Below are positions 27,201-36,195 of a stretch of 44,510 bases of DNA, in pieces. The stretch is from a bacterium. GTDB lineage: Bacteria > 4484-113. Position 1 is the stretch's first letter, and each line of letters begins with the position of its first letter. The notes under the pieces were generated by a model. It was not told the DNA's origin. It searched no databases and was given only the letters and a program-made list of their open reading frames with translations. The stretch covers positions 1 through 44,510 of the forward strand of contig JAOZQG010000006.1 in NCBI GenBank assembly GCA_029932365.1, read 5' to 3'. The position numbers and the translations under genes were made by a program.

Positions 27201-27543
27201 CGCGTATTCGCTGGAGGGAGGCGACATCATCGCTATTCAGCCAAGAGGGGAAGCACCCGGTATGCCGGTAAACCTGACCGCGCTCAACGGCTTCGCCAGC
27301 CGCAATTGGAAGCTCTCGCCCGACGGACGGCTTATCCTCGCCTATGGTTCGCGGGACAACACCAGCGGCCTGTATATGCTCAACCTAGCGGTTGATGTGC
27401 AGTCGGCCGGTACCGACGAACTCGCACCCAGCTTCTACGCCGAGAGCACTCCGACCTTCACCATGAGCGGGCACAAAGATCGCTTCGACGTGCTGCTCAC
27501 TCAGAAGAAGCCCGCTCCGGAGGAAGAAGAGACAGCACTCTGA
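24256..27543 (+). CDS. Large lipoprotein: ZU5-like domain, acidic tract, about 5 PKD domains, TolB-like beta-propeller
   Basis: Lipobox LAAC; FPTGAF...P; SSDPDGRILRYIWDLNADG, WTFSDGT, WEFGDGT...NP.KTY; repeated SPDG/TPDG/SDDG blade motifs. Confidence 0.85.
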   Translation: MNRHIILLTLAMCGLAIAALLAACQSVGPTGKAVKRTEPEKTAEELREAEHGPSEQRAMVTRFGKEVVFRHCKVVFPTGAFSDETYVTISFPEDAPEGFVAESAYSVMPDTMPLGKPAMLSLHYFDDDLKEGEDENDIQLVRLVEGIWMPVGDFTLDVYNNIATTSVKRLGVFALMVVPRRTPLINDPPVARITYEIALPGEEKEEPAAEEEPAAEEHPITKDEILEETEAETPVREPGVETSEPMEPEKETPPEASTGVPAVSEPVPIGAEEEVPPDEDGATEKGAPERAEPTDELEDKEVVEPKDTEERRRQSFLVETPKEPAKPEPTIGATVEFSGADSSDPDGRILRYIWDLNADGVADYVSGSPEVAHVYEVYGSLLAILQVEDDAQPAGRDVAFATFEIQRDPLAPKLPFKVNSVAFPAEVNSGGKVVFGAAATGGEPPYAFGWTFSDGTTADEQAVILVPGKAGELTGNLTVTDSSGRAVQRTVSATVVQPSREPAEKPEVKVQPNRVYLDVPGKVQFEATVSGGREPVTLLVDPGFGEPLSTKDKAFTLSFANAGYYVVTITATDRTGRGAKTFVPVAVTPGEVGVSGVDTGTGRLSFAFEYQKDGWTVSFKAAGAGKKAKLHWEFGDGTASDERNPGKTYARADEYRVRLTVDDGFERRFVERTVPVGGGELAAAIDTPSTVRGMVPLSLTPQAVVTGGEFPLFYHWKLGELFSEEEYPELVLTKPGTYKLQLTVGDASGDTYDTYPVTIKASKTPKKFRYPVAYFVETDDGDIEVKLSEYDGSGECTFTLGPENPTGVALAPQGTAIALLADKGFVVYDLAGGREIFSFTPSRGSINEVLLTSAQELFAFNIEGDKGVRGYIRSEASGILPLSDRIERVVDITPDGSAVLLASDKGVRMCKVDVFTGGLSDSVELFGEATEGVLTSDARSAFLLGLDGDVYQVETETGEQWRLTHDGTAKHSLQISDDGKTIAYSLEGGDIIAIQPRGEAPGMPVNLTALNGFASRNWKLSPDGRLILAYGSRDNTSGLYMLNLAVDVQSAGTDELAPSFYAESTPTFTMSGHKDRFDVLLTQKKPAPEEEETAL

Positions 27544-28150
27544 GCCCGTAACGGTACTTGGACTCGGTTGAGGGCGTCAGGGAGTAACGCTCCTTGATGA
27601 AATCCTTCACCTCAACGAGCTTTTCCATCCCGATGCCGTGGTCCTCTATCTCCAGGTAGTTTACGCTGTGAATCTTACCCGAATCGGACGGATCGCGGAA
27701 CTTCACGTTATCATACGCGACGTTGAGGTTTTCGCTCTCGGTGCCCAGGTCGAACTCCTTGCTGGTCTCCTCGGAAACCAGTTGGAAGAACGCGGGCTCG
27801 TTTACGAGAAACCTGGTCAGACCGCTGAAGAATCTCACGACCTGGTCAAACTCGCGAACGCCCACCTTGAGCTTCAGTTCTTCGCGGATCAGTATATCCG
27901 GGTGCTTCTCTAGGGGGAATTTGAAAGTCAGACGGGTACCCTCGCCCGCGTAAATATTGTCCAGCTTGCGCCGCAAGCGGAACGAAAGGTTGTTCCGCAG
28001 CAGGTAATAGCTTTTGGTATCCACGTAGATGTCGCGCACCTGCGTCATACCGTTGCTCAGCAACGGCAGGTGGAAACGGTCCGAGATTGTCTCCACCGCT
28101 TCGCTCACGTCAAAATTGGCGTCGGGAAATTCTACTTCAATCTCCTTCAT
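27497..28150 (-). CDS. CYTH (triphosphate tunnel metalloenzyme) domain protein
   Basis: EIEVE, DIYVDT, SFRLR, LTFK, REE, LEIE, SKY; SD AGGAG. Confidence 0.8.
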   Translation of the reverse strand: MKEIEVEFPDANFDVSEAVETISDRFHLPLLSNGMTQVRDIYVDTKSYYLLRNNLSFRLRRKLDNIYAGEGTRLTFKFPLEKHPDILIREELKLKVGVREFDQVVRFFSGLTRFLVNEPAFFQLVSEETSKEFDLGTESENLNVAYDNVKFRDPSDSGKIHSVNYLEIEDHGIGMEKLVEVKDFIKERYSLTPSTESKYRYGLRVLSLLPPERASSE

Positions 28151-28366
28151 AGTCGGCTCCTGTTTGGGTTGGGTATTCTACACCATAATAGTGCCAGTCA
28201 ATTGTTAGCGGATGATGAGGAAACCGAAAATTTCCTCGGGTATTTTCAGTAAACGCGGCACGCCATAATCGGGTAAAATAGCGAGGAGAGACGAACAAGG
28301 TTCGTTGATATTCGTCTGAGTAGGTGATAGACTGAAATCTGGTAACATACCAGGAGCGGCTTAGCT

Positions 28367-30514
28367 ATGCGCAAACTGCATTTATTTCATGCGATTGCCT
28401 TGTTGATCATCTTCGCTGCGGCTGTGGCGTGCACCAGCAGCAGCACCACAACGCGAACCAATCCCAGCTACGACCAGGACTACAGCAGGTCGACCCGGTC
28501 GCGTCAGAGCAGCCAGGCATCATCCCAGGAGGGCTTTCCGGAAGAGACCTACCGGCCGCCGATAACCCTGATGATGTTGTCAATGATGACCGGAGAGGTG
28601 ATTGAAGGTGAATCCTATGCGGTTATCGCGGTGGTGGATAATCCTGAGAACCGTGACCTGACGTACAGGTGGTCGGTGGAAGACGGCAAGCTAGGAGAGC
28701 TTCCCGAAAGCATGCGGGCCGATGTGCTCGGTTTTGAAGAACAGCTGCGCAGCAACAAGGGCATCTCCGGCCGAGCTCCTACAGGTGAAGCCGTTGCGGG
28801 AGAAGATACTCCCGCGCCTGGCGCGGAAGGCATGGTAGGAGCTCCGACAGGGGAATCGGCCGCAGCGAAACCCGCTGGCCCACGCTCTGGGGTAGAAGAA
28901 GCCGAGGCCAAGCCCGCTCCCAGGCCAAAAACTCCCATCGAGTCTGAACCTTCCGCGGAAGAAGAAGCCAAGGCTGAAGCTCAACCCGTAGCCACCGAAA
29001 GCACTGAAGACGAGGAAGCGGAGCAGCCGGCCGAAGAAAGCGAAGAGGAAGCACCTGCACAAGCTGCGCCCGCCGAAGAAGAGCCGGAGAAGGGCAAGTC
29101 GCAGCTGGTGGCGATGAATTTCGTCCGCTACGCCGCGCTCGGTGCCGAAGAAAACGAAGGTGACGAAAACGAGCCGGCGGAAGAACAATGGCCTGAGCCG
29201 CAGCCCAAAGACGCTGACCAGGGCGCCGCTGCGGAAGAGCTGCCCGAGCAGGTGGAGGAGACGGACAACGACGATGCCACCAAAGATACTGATGAAGAAA
29301 CCGCCGAGGAACAGCTCTCTGCGGAGGAACTGGCTGCGCGTGAAGCGATGGCCAACCAAGAAGAAGCTGAAGGCATGGTTCGGGAAGTCGGCGAATCTGC
29401 CGAGGAATTTGAAGGCTTCAAACCAACGGTGGGCGAAGGCCGGCTGGTCGAGCCTGAAGTGGAAGAGGAAGAAGGCAAAGAAGACGAATCGCTACTCGAC
29501 GCTGCGCCGTCGCTGGTCACAATCGAAACCGACAAGCCCTATGCGCTGTGGACTCCGCCGGGAATCGGCTCGTACACCATACGCTGTATCGTGCTCGACG
29601 ACAAAGGCAACGAGCTGACGCCCGAGCGCTCGTTTCCGGTAACCGTAACCAAGCCTGAGCCCAAGACGGAACTGGTTTGGAACACCTCCCAGAAGCTTTA
29701 CGAAGACGACTATCTGGTCGTAGAAGTGCGCGTGAAAAACGTGCCCAGCTTCAGCAAGGGGCTGTTTACCATCAAGTTTGACCCCACCATTCTGTCGTTC
29801 CGCCTGGTGGAAACGGGCGATTTCTTCCCCAAGGATTACCGCACTTCATTGTTCTACGCCCAGCCGCCAAACTACCCGGGCAAGGTCACTGTCGCCGTCT
29901 CGGCAGACGAAGTTGGCCTGCCCAAGGGCGATGGCGTTGTCGCTCGCACCATTTTCAAGGTCAAGGAGACGATAAACGATCCCAGCCAACTTAGCATCTC
30001 CGAAGTGATGAGCGAAGAATCGCGCTATATACTGGACGCCGAGGGAGTCAACGTGCTACCGCTGGTTACCGAACATCCCGTTTATGCTACCGAATGGACT
30101 GAACCGCCCGAACGTCCGCAGCGAACGCGCACCGAGACAGCGAGCCGGGGCGGCGTGCCCTCCGCGCCCGAGCCACCCAGCCCGGCGCAGAGCTCCGGCG
30201 GCGCCGGCGGCAAAGGTGGAACGGTCCCCGCGTCGGGCGAAGGCACGCAAAGCGAAATAGCTTCGCAAGGCGGTATTGCCAGGCTCAAGGGAGGAGAATC
30301 CCCAAGCGAGGGGACAGGTGATTCCGTGGGAACAGTCCAGGCTCCGGAAGGAAGTGAATCGGGACTTATGTCAGTAGAGGAAAGAATCGCAGCACTGGAG
30401 GAGGAGCGGAGCCGCGTTGAGGCCAACGAAAACATCCCGGAGGAAGACCGGCAACGGATTCTGGCTGATCTCGACCGAAGGCTACAGGAACTGCGAGAGG
30501 GCGGCACAGAGTAA
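28367..30514 (+). CDS. Lipoprotein with a split Ig/PKD-like domain, long acidic tract and cohesin-like domain
   Basis: Lipobox AVAC; SD AGGAG; V.V.V.NV......FTIKFDP..L....V..GDF...G.V.......GDGVVA...FKVK matches the cohesin pattern. Confidence 0.8.
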   Translation: MRKLHLFHAIALLIIFAAAVACTSSSTTTRTNPSYDQDYSRSTRSRQSSQASSQEGFPEETYRPPITLMMLSMMTGEVIEGESYAVIAVVDNPENRDLTYRWSVEDGKLGELPESMRADVLGFEEQLRSNKGISGRAPTGEAVAGEDTPAPGAEGMVGAPTGESAAAKPAGPRSGVEEAEAKPAPRPKTPIESEPSAEEEAKAEAQPVATESTEDEEAEQPAEESEEEAPAQAAPAEEEPEKGKSQLVAMNFVRYAALGAEENEGDENEPAEEQWPEPQPKDADQGAAAEELPEQVEETDNDDATKDTDEETAEEQLSAEELAAREAMANQEEAEGMVREVGESAEEFEGFKPTVGEGRLVEPEVEEEEGKEDESLLDAAPSLVTIETDKPYALWTPPGIGSYTIRCIVLDDKGNELTPERSFPVTVTKPEPKTELVWNTSQKLYEDDYLVVEVRVKNVPSFSKGLFTIKFDPTILSFRLVETGDFFPKDYRTSLFYAQPPNYPGKVTVAVSADEVGLPKGDGVVARTIFKVKETINDPSQLSISEVMSEESRYILDAEGVNVLPLVTEHPVYATEWTEPPERPQRTRTETASRGGVPSAPEPPSPAQSSGGAGGKGGTVPASGEGTQSEIASQGGIARLKGGESPSEGTGDSVGTVQAPEGSESGLMSVEERIAALEEERSRVEANENIPEEDRQRILADLDRRLQELREGGTE

Positions 30515-30615
30515 CGGGTACCACCCGAGTAATCGGGTATCGGATGGCGCTGACGTCTCGCATCAGCTCACCCCTTCGGGTTAGTGGGAAGAAGCCGGAC
30601 GGAAATAGAAAAGGC

Positions 30616-30715
30616 GCCGGGGAATTACCGCGGCGCAGGTCACTGCCTGCTTAGGGCTGCTACCTTCCGGTCCTGACCCGGTTCGCAGCGCAACCTCGCA
30701 CAGGTTCCCCGGCTT
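30616..30715 (-). ncRNA. ffs: Signal recognition particle RNA (small bacterial 4.5S type)
   Basis: Minus strand contains the helix-8 core GGUCAGGACCGGAAGGUAGCAGCC; terminal GCCGGGGAA/UUCCCCGGC pairing; extended -10 TGCTACAAT upstream and a U-rich tail downstream. Confidence 0.95.
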
Positions 30716-30819
30716 AAACCTATTGTAGCAGACGAGCGTATTTGCGCATTCCCTGGGCTTGCACCATCTCAGCAGGATTTCGTTGCCACTTATCACTTCC
30801 TTGCCCTACAATATGAACG

Positions 30820-31692
30820 ATGCTGCTTCCCGACGAAACCGTGGTCATACTCGGCTCGGGCCAGATAGGTCGGGCGCTGTACGACGAGTGCTCGCAGAAA
30901 GAGAGCGCCGGTTGCACTATGCTGGGGCACGAAGAGGCTGACGTTACGGACCTTGAAACACTGCGCGAGCGCCTGGCAGAACTAAAGCCTACGCTTATCT
31001 TCCATACCGCGGCGTTCACCAAAGTAAACGAGTGCGAGCGCAACCCCGGGCTGGCATTCGCGGTAAACGCCCGGGGAACGGGGAATGTGATTGAAGTCGC
31101 CCGGAACCTGGATGCGCGCGTCGTCTACTTCTCCACTGATTACGTATTCCCGGGAAAGCTCGTAGGCGAGTACTGCGAAGATGACCCTCCCCAGCCGCTG
31201 AATGTCTATGGCCAAAGCAAGCTTATGGGCGAGCAAATCACAGCCGAATACGAGGGAAGCATCATAATCCGAACCGCCGAGGTCTTCGCGGCGACCGGCC
31301 GCAACTTCCCGCTGGCGATACTCGCCAAATATGGCGAGGGTCAAAAGGTCCATGTCGTGAACGACGAATATGCCACGCCGACCTATGCACCCCATTTTGC
31401 GTCGGCGGTTAAAGAGCTAATAGCTGTGGCGGAGCATCGCCTCTATCATTTGCGGGGCCCGGAGGAGCTGACATACTACGAGTTTGCGCGCCGCATCTTC
31501 GCCGCAGCCGGGCTGCCGGTTAGCGCTATCGCGGCCACGGCTACCCACAGGCTGGTGCTACCGGTAAAGCGTCCGGCGCGGGCGGTGCTTTCTGTGAAGC
31601 GCTACTTGAGCCACGAGTTGCCTTTGTTGCCTTCGCTGGATGAAGCGATAAGCGACTTCGTGCGCCTGCGCCATTCGCGGTTGGATCGGTAA
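30820..31692 (+). CDS. rfbD: dTDP-4-dehydrorhamnose reductase
   Basis: GSGQIG, HTAAFTKVNECE, STDYVF, PLNVYGQSKLMGE, PT, RPARAVL. Confidence 0.9.
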   Translation: MLLPDETVVILGSGQIGRALYDECSQKESAGCTMLGHEEADVTDLETLRERLAELKPTLIFHTAAFTKVNECERNPGLAFAVNARGTGNVIEVARNLDARVVYFSTDYVFPGKLVGEYCEDDPPQPLNVYGQSKLMGEQITAEYEGSIIIRTAEVFAATGRNFPLAILAKYGEGQKVHVVNDEYATPTYAPHFASAVKELIAVAEHRLYHLRGPEELTYYEFARRIFAAAGLPVSAIAATATHRLVLPVKRPARAVLSVKRYLSHELPLLPSLDEAISDFVRLRHSRLDR

Positions 31693-31853
31693 CAGGCGCG
31701 CACCGCAGTATGGGGCGAATGTACGGCGAAATTTCGCCCTGATTGAATCTTAACTTGCGCTCGGGTTGATGCGCGGCCGCGCTTAGCCGCATCCTCCCGC
31801 TGTATCTGCAACCCAAACTAAAGCTTTCCGCGTCCCGGTTCTCTTGAGCCCTG

Positions 31854-34800
31854 TCAGTTCATAAACGATACGTAGAGATTATCGTCCATCACCAGCGAGA
31901 AGACCGGTCTGCGACTTTCGCCAACGTCTCTCATCTCCATTGAAAGGTACCTGCCGGCACCGCCCAAAGCGGGCTGCACGCTGTAAATGTAGTAGTTGCC
32001 GGGATGCAGGAGGTTCTCGATGGCCAGACGGCCTGCGTTCAACGTCTGATTGTAGGTCGAAGCGAATATCATCAAACTGGACATAACGATGTCGGTGTAA
32101 TAGCCCGTGTCGTGCGCGGTCTGAGCATCCACCGGGCTGAATGTCCATCCGGGAATTCCGTCCTCAACATCTCTGCGGGCCACCCAGAACGAGGAGTCCT
32201 CTTCACGGCGGAAGGCTATACGCGGTAGCCAGACGGGGCTTCCCTCATACTCAGTTTCCCAGATGCATAAGCTGACGTTGGTCACCAAGTCGGAGTCGCC
32301 CGCACGGAGTCCCAGTCGCCAGTCCGCCTCTGCGTTGCGCAGTATCCAGGAAAGCCGACCGCTGGGGTCATCGGGGTCGCCGTAGGCGATAGTGGCCATC
32401 TCGTGCGCCGGCTCACCCTCCAAGGAGAAATAACCGTACGCCAGAGAGGGCCTGGCGCCGTCCTGGTCGGGACCGCCGCCCGCTGAAATGCCGCCCAGCA
32501 CTTCAATCTGCCATCCCCCGCTGTTCCAGGCGAACCGGAGCACATCATCATCCTCCTCGCTGGCAGCGCTCCACGAAAGATAGGCGACTGAGGGTGTATC
32601 CGTAGAATCAAATGCCAGCGACGGATTGACGAAAACAATGCTCTCCCCGCCATCGTCCACCAGGTCCGGCGCGGCCCAGTCACCTGGGGAGTTGCGTTTC
32701 ACGTGCTCAACTGTCGTATAAGGCGTGAGAGGGCTTTCATCGTACTCGTGTGTGTTGTTAATAAACGCGATGTGCGGCACGTCCGCGCTGTCAAACATAA
32801 GTGACGGCATTTTCCCCCGCGACTCGTCGGGCAGGCCACCGCAGACTGTCTCCGTTACCCAGTCACCGGCTTCGTTGGTGGCGTAACGCAGCTCGTGTAC
32901 GAATTGCCCTGACGATACCTCGTTCGCAACCGTGTATGCGATGCCGACTGAGTTGTCGCTTGCCACGTCTACACTCGTGTATTGAACGGGCAGCGCGTCA
33001 TCATCCAGAAGCTCGTAATCGTAAGTAATACCCGGACGAGGAATCGCCGTGTAATATACCGAATTGTAGTCTTCGTTGGGGCCTCCTTCCAGTTCCGGCC
33101 AGTTATCCAGCGCCCGCACGGTGAAGCTGTAAACCGTATTGTTCATCAGGCCTTCCACTCGGTAGTAAAGGTCGCCGGTAACCGCCGTTCGGCCGTCAAG
33201 GATGGCTTGCGCATAATCGGAGATGCCCTGGTCGCCCGGCTCCCAGTAGACCCGGTAGCTTACCGGCGGCGACTGCGCGTCGGTGGCGGAATTCCAGGAT
33301 GTGTCAGCGTAACCGTTGCCGCCGGAAGCGAACTGAATGCCTGTTGTGGTGTCCCATTCGGGTGGCCGGTTATCCAGCCCCACACCGGGAATTGCGGTCA
33401 ACGTTTCGGCATTCTTATCTTCGTTGCCGGTGGCGTCTTTGGCGCGGACTACGAAGGCGTACTCCTGGCCGTCGGTTAGACCATTGATATAGGTGGGCGG
33501 GAAGTGGGTGTCAACTTCAACGGAGCCGGTAGCGGCCGAGAAATCGACCGCGTCACCCTCCTGATAGTAAATGGTATATACAACCGGCGGGCTGTCCTCA
33601 TCGCTCGCGGCTCCAAACTCCACGCGCACGGAATCTTCCCCAGGCATCGCATTTGTCACTCCTGTCGTATCGTCCCACGTTGGCGGGGAAACATCACCCA
33701 TATCGGGTCCGGGCGTGACTTGGAGGGTATTCGTGTTCGCATCCTCATTGGGGCTGATCGGCGGGTCGTAGCGGTCGGCGCTGTCAATTGCTCGCACTCC
33801 AACGGTGTATTGTGAGTCGTTCACCAGCCCGGTTACGGAAAAGGGAGAGCTGTCCGCTTCCAGGAACGACGCGGTATCAAACTGGAGTGTTGCGCCTTGC
33901 CTGAGGTACACCCGATAGCGCACAGGCGGCGACTGGGCGTCCACAGCGTGCCCAAAGGTCACGCGGAAACCGCCGTCTCCAGGCTCAACGGAGACGATAC
34001 CCACCGTGTCCGCCCATACGGGCGGAGTGAAATCGTTGCGGGCCGCCGCGCTGGGCGTGCAGGTCTTCACGGCGTCCGCGACCGGCGAGGTCCGGTTCTC
34101 GGCTTCGTCTTCCGCGGCCAGATACGCTGCATAAGTTGTCCCGTTAGCCAGGTCTTCCCAGATGTACGGCGGGTCCACATCGGTAACCTCGATAATTGTT
34201 GAATTGTCAAGGTCTATTCCCGCGTCACCGCCCGGCGGGCCTAGGTAGAGAAAATAGCGGAGCCGGTCCTGAGGCGTGACGTTGTCAACGGCGTTCCGCC
34301 GATAGACTATCTTCGCCCGGCCGTCACCGGCGTCCATAAAGGTAATGCCCTTGTACGGGTTGGTCGGCGCACCCGGGCCGTGCGGGGGTGTTGTGTCCTC
34401 GCCCTGATCGATGGTGAGAGTCTCGGTAACATCGTAGCCACTTTCGCCCTCATCTCCTACGGGGACGAGGCGATAGATGAAAGTGGTGCTGGTCTCAACG
34501 ATGTCATCCAGCAGCGTATTGTCCTGGTAGAAGTAAGCGGCGGGCTGGAAGGGCTCGGTTACCGCCCGTTCAATAGACATTTCCGATCCCGGGTCGTCCA
34601 TATTCACCAGCAGCTTTTCGTCTATCTCAGGATGGCCTTCCACGCTGCGGTAGATGTTGTATCCGTCAAGAGTCGTGCCGTAGTGCATGGCTATAGGTGT
34701 TATCTCGGCGATGCTGACGCTACCGTCCGTAGCGCCCGCGCGGTCTATGAAGCCCTCAGAGACGTCATTACCCAGGCCGTCGCCCACGTTTCCTCCATAG

Positions 34801-35525
34801 TAAATGGCGACAGGGGTGATGTCGGAGATGCCGACCGTGCCGTTATTGTCGTAGTCGCCGCGCAACTGGTCGTTCCAGGAAAGCCGCGCGGCTTCGTCGC
34901 CGAAAGATTCGACATTGTAGTCTTCCAGCAGCAGCGCGGCTTCGCCGGCCGTAGCGCTCACGGCGCGGCTGCCGGCGGCCTGGCCGGGGGAAAACGCCAG
35001 CTCGGCAACCAATCCGCCGCCGGAGATTAGCCCTTTATCCTGAGGGCGCACCCGGGCCAGCCCGAAGGGCAGCGTGCCGGCGAATTTCTTGACCGCCAGA
35101 AAGATGCTCTCGTCTCTGCCGCCGTAAAGCGAGCCGGGAAGTATTTCGCGCAGCTTCCATTCGTCCGGATTGTATTTGAGCACGAACAGGCTGGCCGCGG
35201 AATCCGTTAGATCCTGTGCGTAGACCGACACGAAAGTGTCCCCGTTCATTAGCGTGCGCACCGCGAAGTCGTAGTACTTGCGGTCCTCCGGGGCGATCTC
35301 CCCCCACATGTCCAGAACAAAAAGGGAGAAGCCTTCGTGGTTTATCGACTTGGCGGGATCGTAAACCTTCAGTTCTCGGGCCAAAGAGTCCGGCGCGGCC
35401 TGACCAAGGATACCCGAGCGTAGCGTAGTTGTTGGCGGCGCGCCGCTGCGCCCGCTGCCGCACGAAAATAGGATAACCAGCAGCAGAAATACGCAGGCTA
35501 CCGTCGAATGCTTTATTAAAGCCAT
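31854..35525 (-). CDS. Large lipoprotein: cohesin-like, dockerin-like, four FN3-like repeats, C-terminal propeller-like region
   Basis: Lipobox LFSC; GDYDNNGTVGISDITP and DGSVSIAEITP duplicated EF-hand-like motif; four DxxPP...G(I/V) repeats. Confidence 0.82.
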   Translation of the reverse strand: MALIKHSTVACVFLLLVILFSCGSGRSGAPPTTTLRSGILGQAAPDSLARELKVYDPAKSINHEGFSLFVLDMWGEIAPEDRKYYDFAVRTLMNGDTFVSVYAQDLTDSAASLFVLKYNPDEWKLREILPGSLYGGRDESIFLAVKKFAGTLPFGLARVRPQDKGLISGGGLVAELAFSPGQAAGSRAVSATAGEAALLLEDYNVESFGDEAARLSWNDQLRGDYDNNGTVGISDITPVAIYYGGNVGDGLGNDVSEGFIDRAGATDGSVSIAEITPIAMHYGTTLDGYNIYRSVEGHPEIDEKLLVNMDDPGSEMSIERAVTEPFQPAAYFYQDNTLLDDIVETSTTFIYRLVPVGDEGESGYDVTETLTIDQGEDTTPPHGPGAPTNPYKGITFMDAGDGRAKIVYRRNAVDNVTPQDRLRYFLYLGPPGGDAGIDLDNSTIIEVTDVDPPYIWEDLANGTTYAAYLAAEDEAENRTSPVADAVKTCTPSAAARNDFTPPVWADTVGIVSVEPGDGGFRVTFGHAVDAQSPPVRYRVYLRQGATLQFDTASFLEADSSPFSVTGLVNDSQYTVGVRAIDSADRYDPPISPNEDANTNTLQVTPGPDMGDVSPPTWDDTTGVTNAMPGEDSVRVEFGAASDEDSPPVVYTIYYQEGDAVDFSAATGSVEVDTHFPPTYINGLTDGQEYAFVVRAKDATGNEDKNAETLTAIPGVGLDNRPPEWDTTTGIQFASGGNGYADTSWNSATDAQSPPVSYRVYWEPGDQGISDYAQAILDGRTAVTGDLYYRVEGLMNNTVYSFTVRALDNWPELEGGPNEDYNSVYYTAIPRPGITYDYELLDDDALPVQYTSVDVASDNSVGIAYTVANEVSSGQFVHELRYATNEAGDWVTETVCGGLPDESRGKMPSLMFDSADVPHIAFINNTHEYDESPLTPYTTVEHVKRNSPGDWAAPDLVDDGGESIVFVNPSLAFDSTDTPSVAYLSWSAASEEDDDVLRFAWNSGGWQIEVLGGISAGGGPDQDGARPSLAYGYFSLEGEPAHEMATIAYGDPDDPSGRLSWILRNAEADWRLGLRAGDSDLVTNVSLCIWETEYEGSPVWLPRIAFRREEDSSFWVARRDVEDGIPGWTFSPVDAQTAHDTGYYTDIVMSSLMIFASTYNQTLNAGRLAIENLLHPGNYYIYSVQPALGGAGRYLSMEMRDVGESRRPVFSLVMDDNLYVSFMN
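33030..34400 (-). repeat. Four tandem FN3-like protein repeats of about 110 aa
   Basis: DTTPP, DFTPPVWADTVGI, DVSPPTWDDTTGV, DNRPPEWDTTTGI, each followed by A.D...P...Y..Y and L.....Y....A.D; boundaries approximate. Confidence 0.8.
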
Positions 35526-35604
35526 CTATTTCACCCCCGATACCTGTTTGATTATACCATCGGGTATCGTTGACTCCCGTCTGGGTGAAGGCTACAATCA
35601 CCGT

Positions 35605-36189
35605 ATGAGAGCAGCGTTTACAAGGGGCAGGCTGCCGGTCGCAGCGCTAATTGCCGTCTTCCTGACGCTTCTTGCTCCGGCTGCGCGAAGCGTTCACGCG
35701 CAGGATTCCTGGCTCGGTGACCCGCTAGACCGGGCGGTAACTCATGCCGCGCGCTACTTCGAGTGCAACGGCACGTACCAGGAGCGATTTGATACCTGGT
35801 GGCTATCCACCGCTAATCCCTTCAAGTTCCGGCGGTACTTCACGGGCACCTGGTATTTCGACGGCGTCCAGGTCTCCTCAATTGAGGGGAATAGCTTCAT
35901 TCTTCGCATGGATTTTGATGTGTACACGAACTCCAGGGAATCCGGCGGCAAGCCCACTGCGGCAACGGTTGACCTTATCGTGCAGAATCCCAACTCGGAG
36001 GAGGAGCTGGAGATTCTGAACGTGCGAGTCGAGATGAACAAAGACGAGCTGCCCATTCCAACGTACGTCTACGTGCCCAAGAGCCTGCTGACCGATGACG
36101 GTCGCGTGGTTGTAGAGCTTCATGGTCTGGGCCAGATTGGGATCGGCCGCTCCCGTTTGCGCCTGCTGGCTCCCCTAGAACGCTACTGA
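35605..36189 (+). CDS. Secreted hypothetical protein
   Basis: Signal peptide ending VHA-QD; start revised to ATG 35605, 6 nt after TACAAT. Confidence 0.72.
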   Translation: MRAAFTRGRLPVAALIAVFLTLLAPAARSVHAQDSWLGDPLDRAVTHAARYFECNGTYQERFDTWWLSTANPFKFRRYFTGTWYFDGVQVSSIEGNSFILRMDFDVYTNSRESGGKPTAATVDLIVQNPNSEEELEILNVRVEMNKDELPIPTYVYVPKSLLTDDGRVVVELHGLGQIGIGRSRLRLLAPLERY

Positions 36190-36195
36190 GTTTCA

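Noticed and set aside
30515-30600. Short hairpins between the cohesin-like gene and ffs as a separate ncRNA
   Set aside because: Stems are short and most simply explained as termination elements between convergent units.
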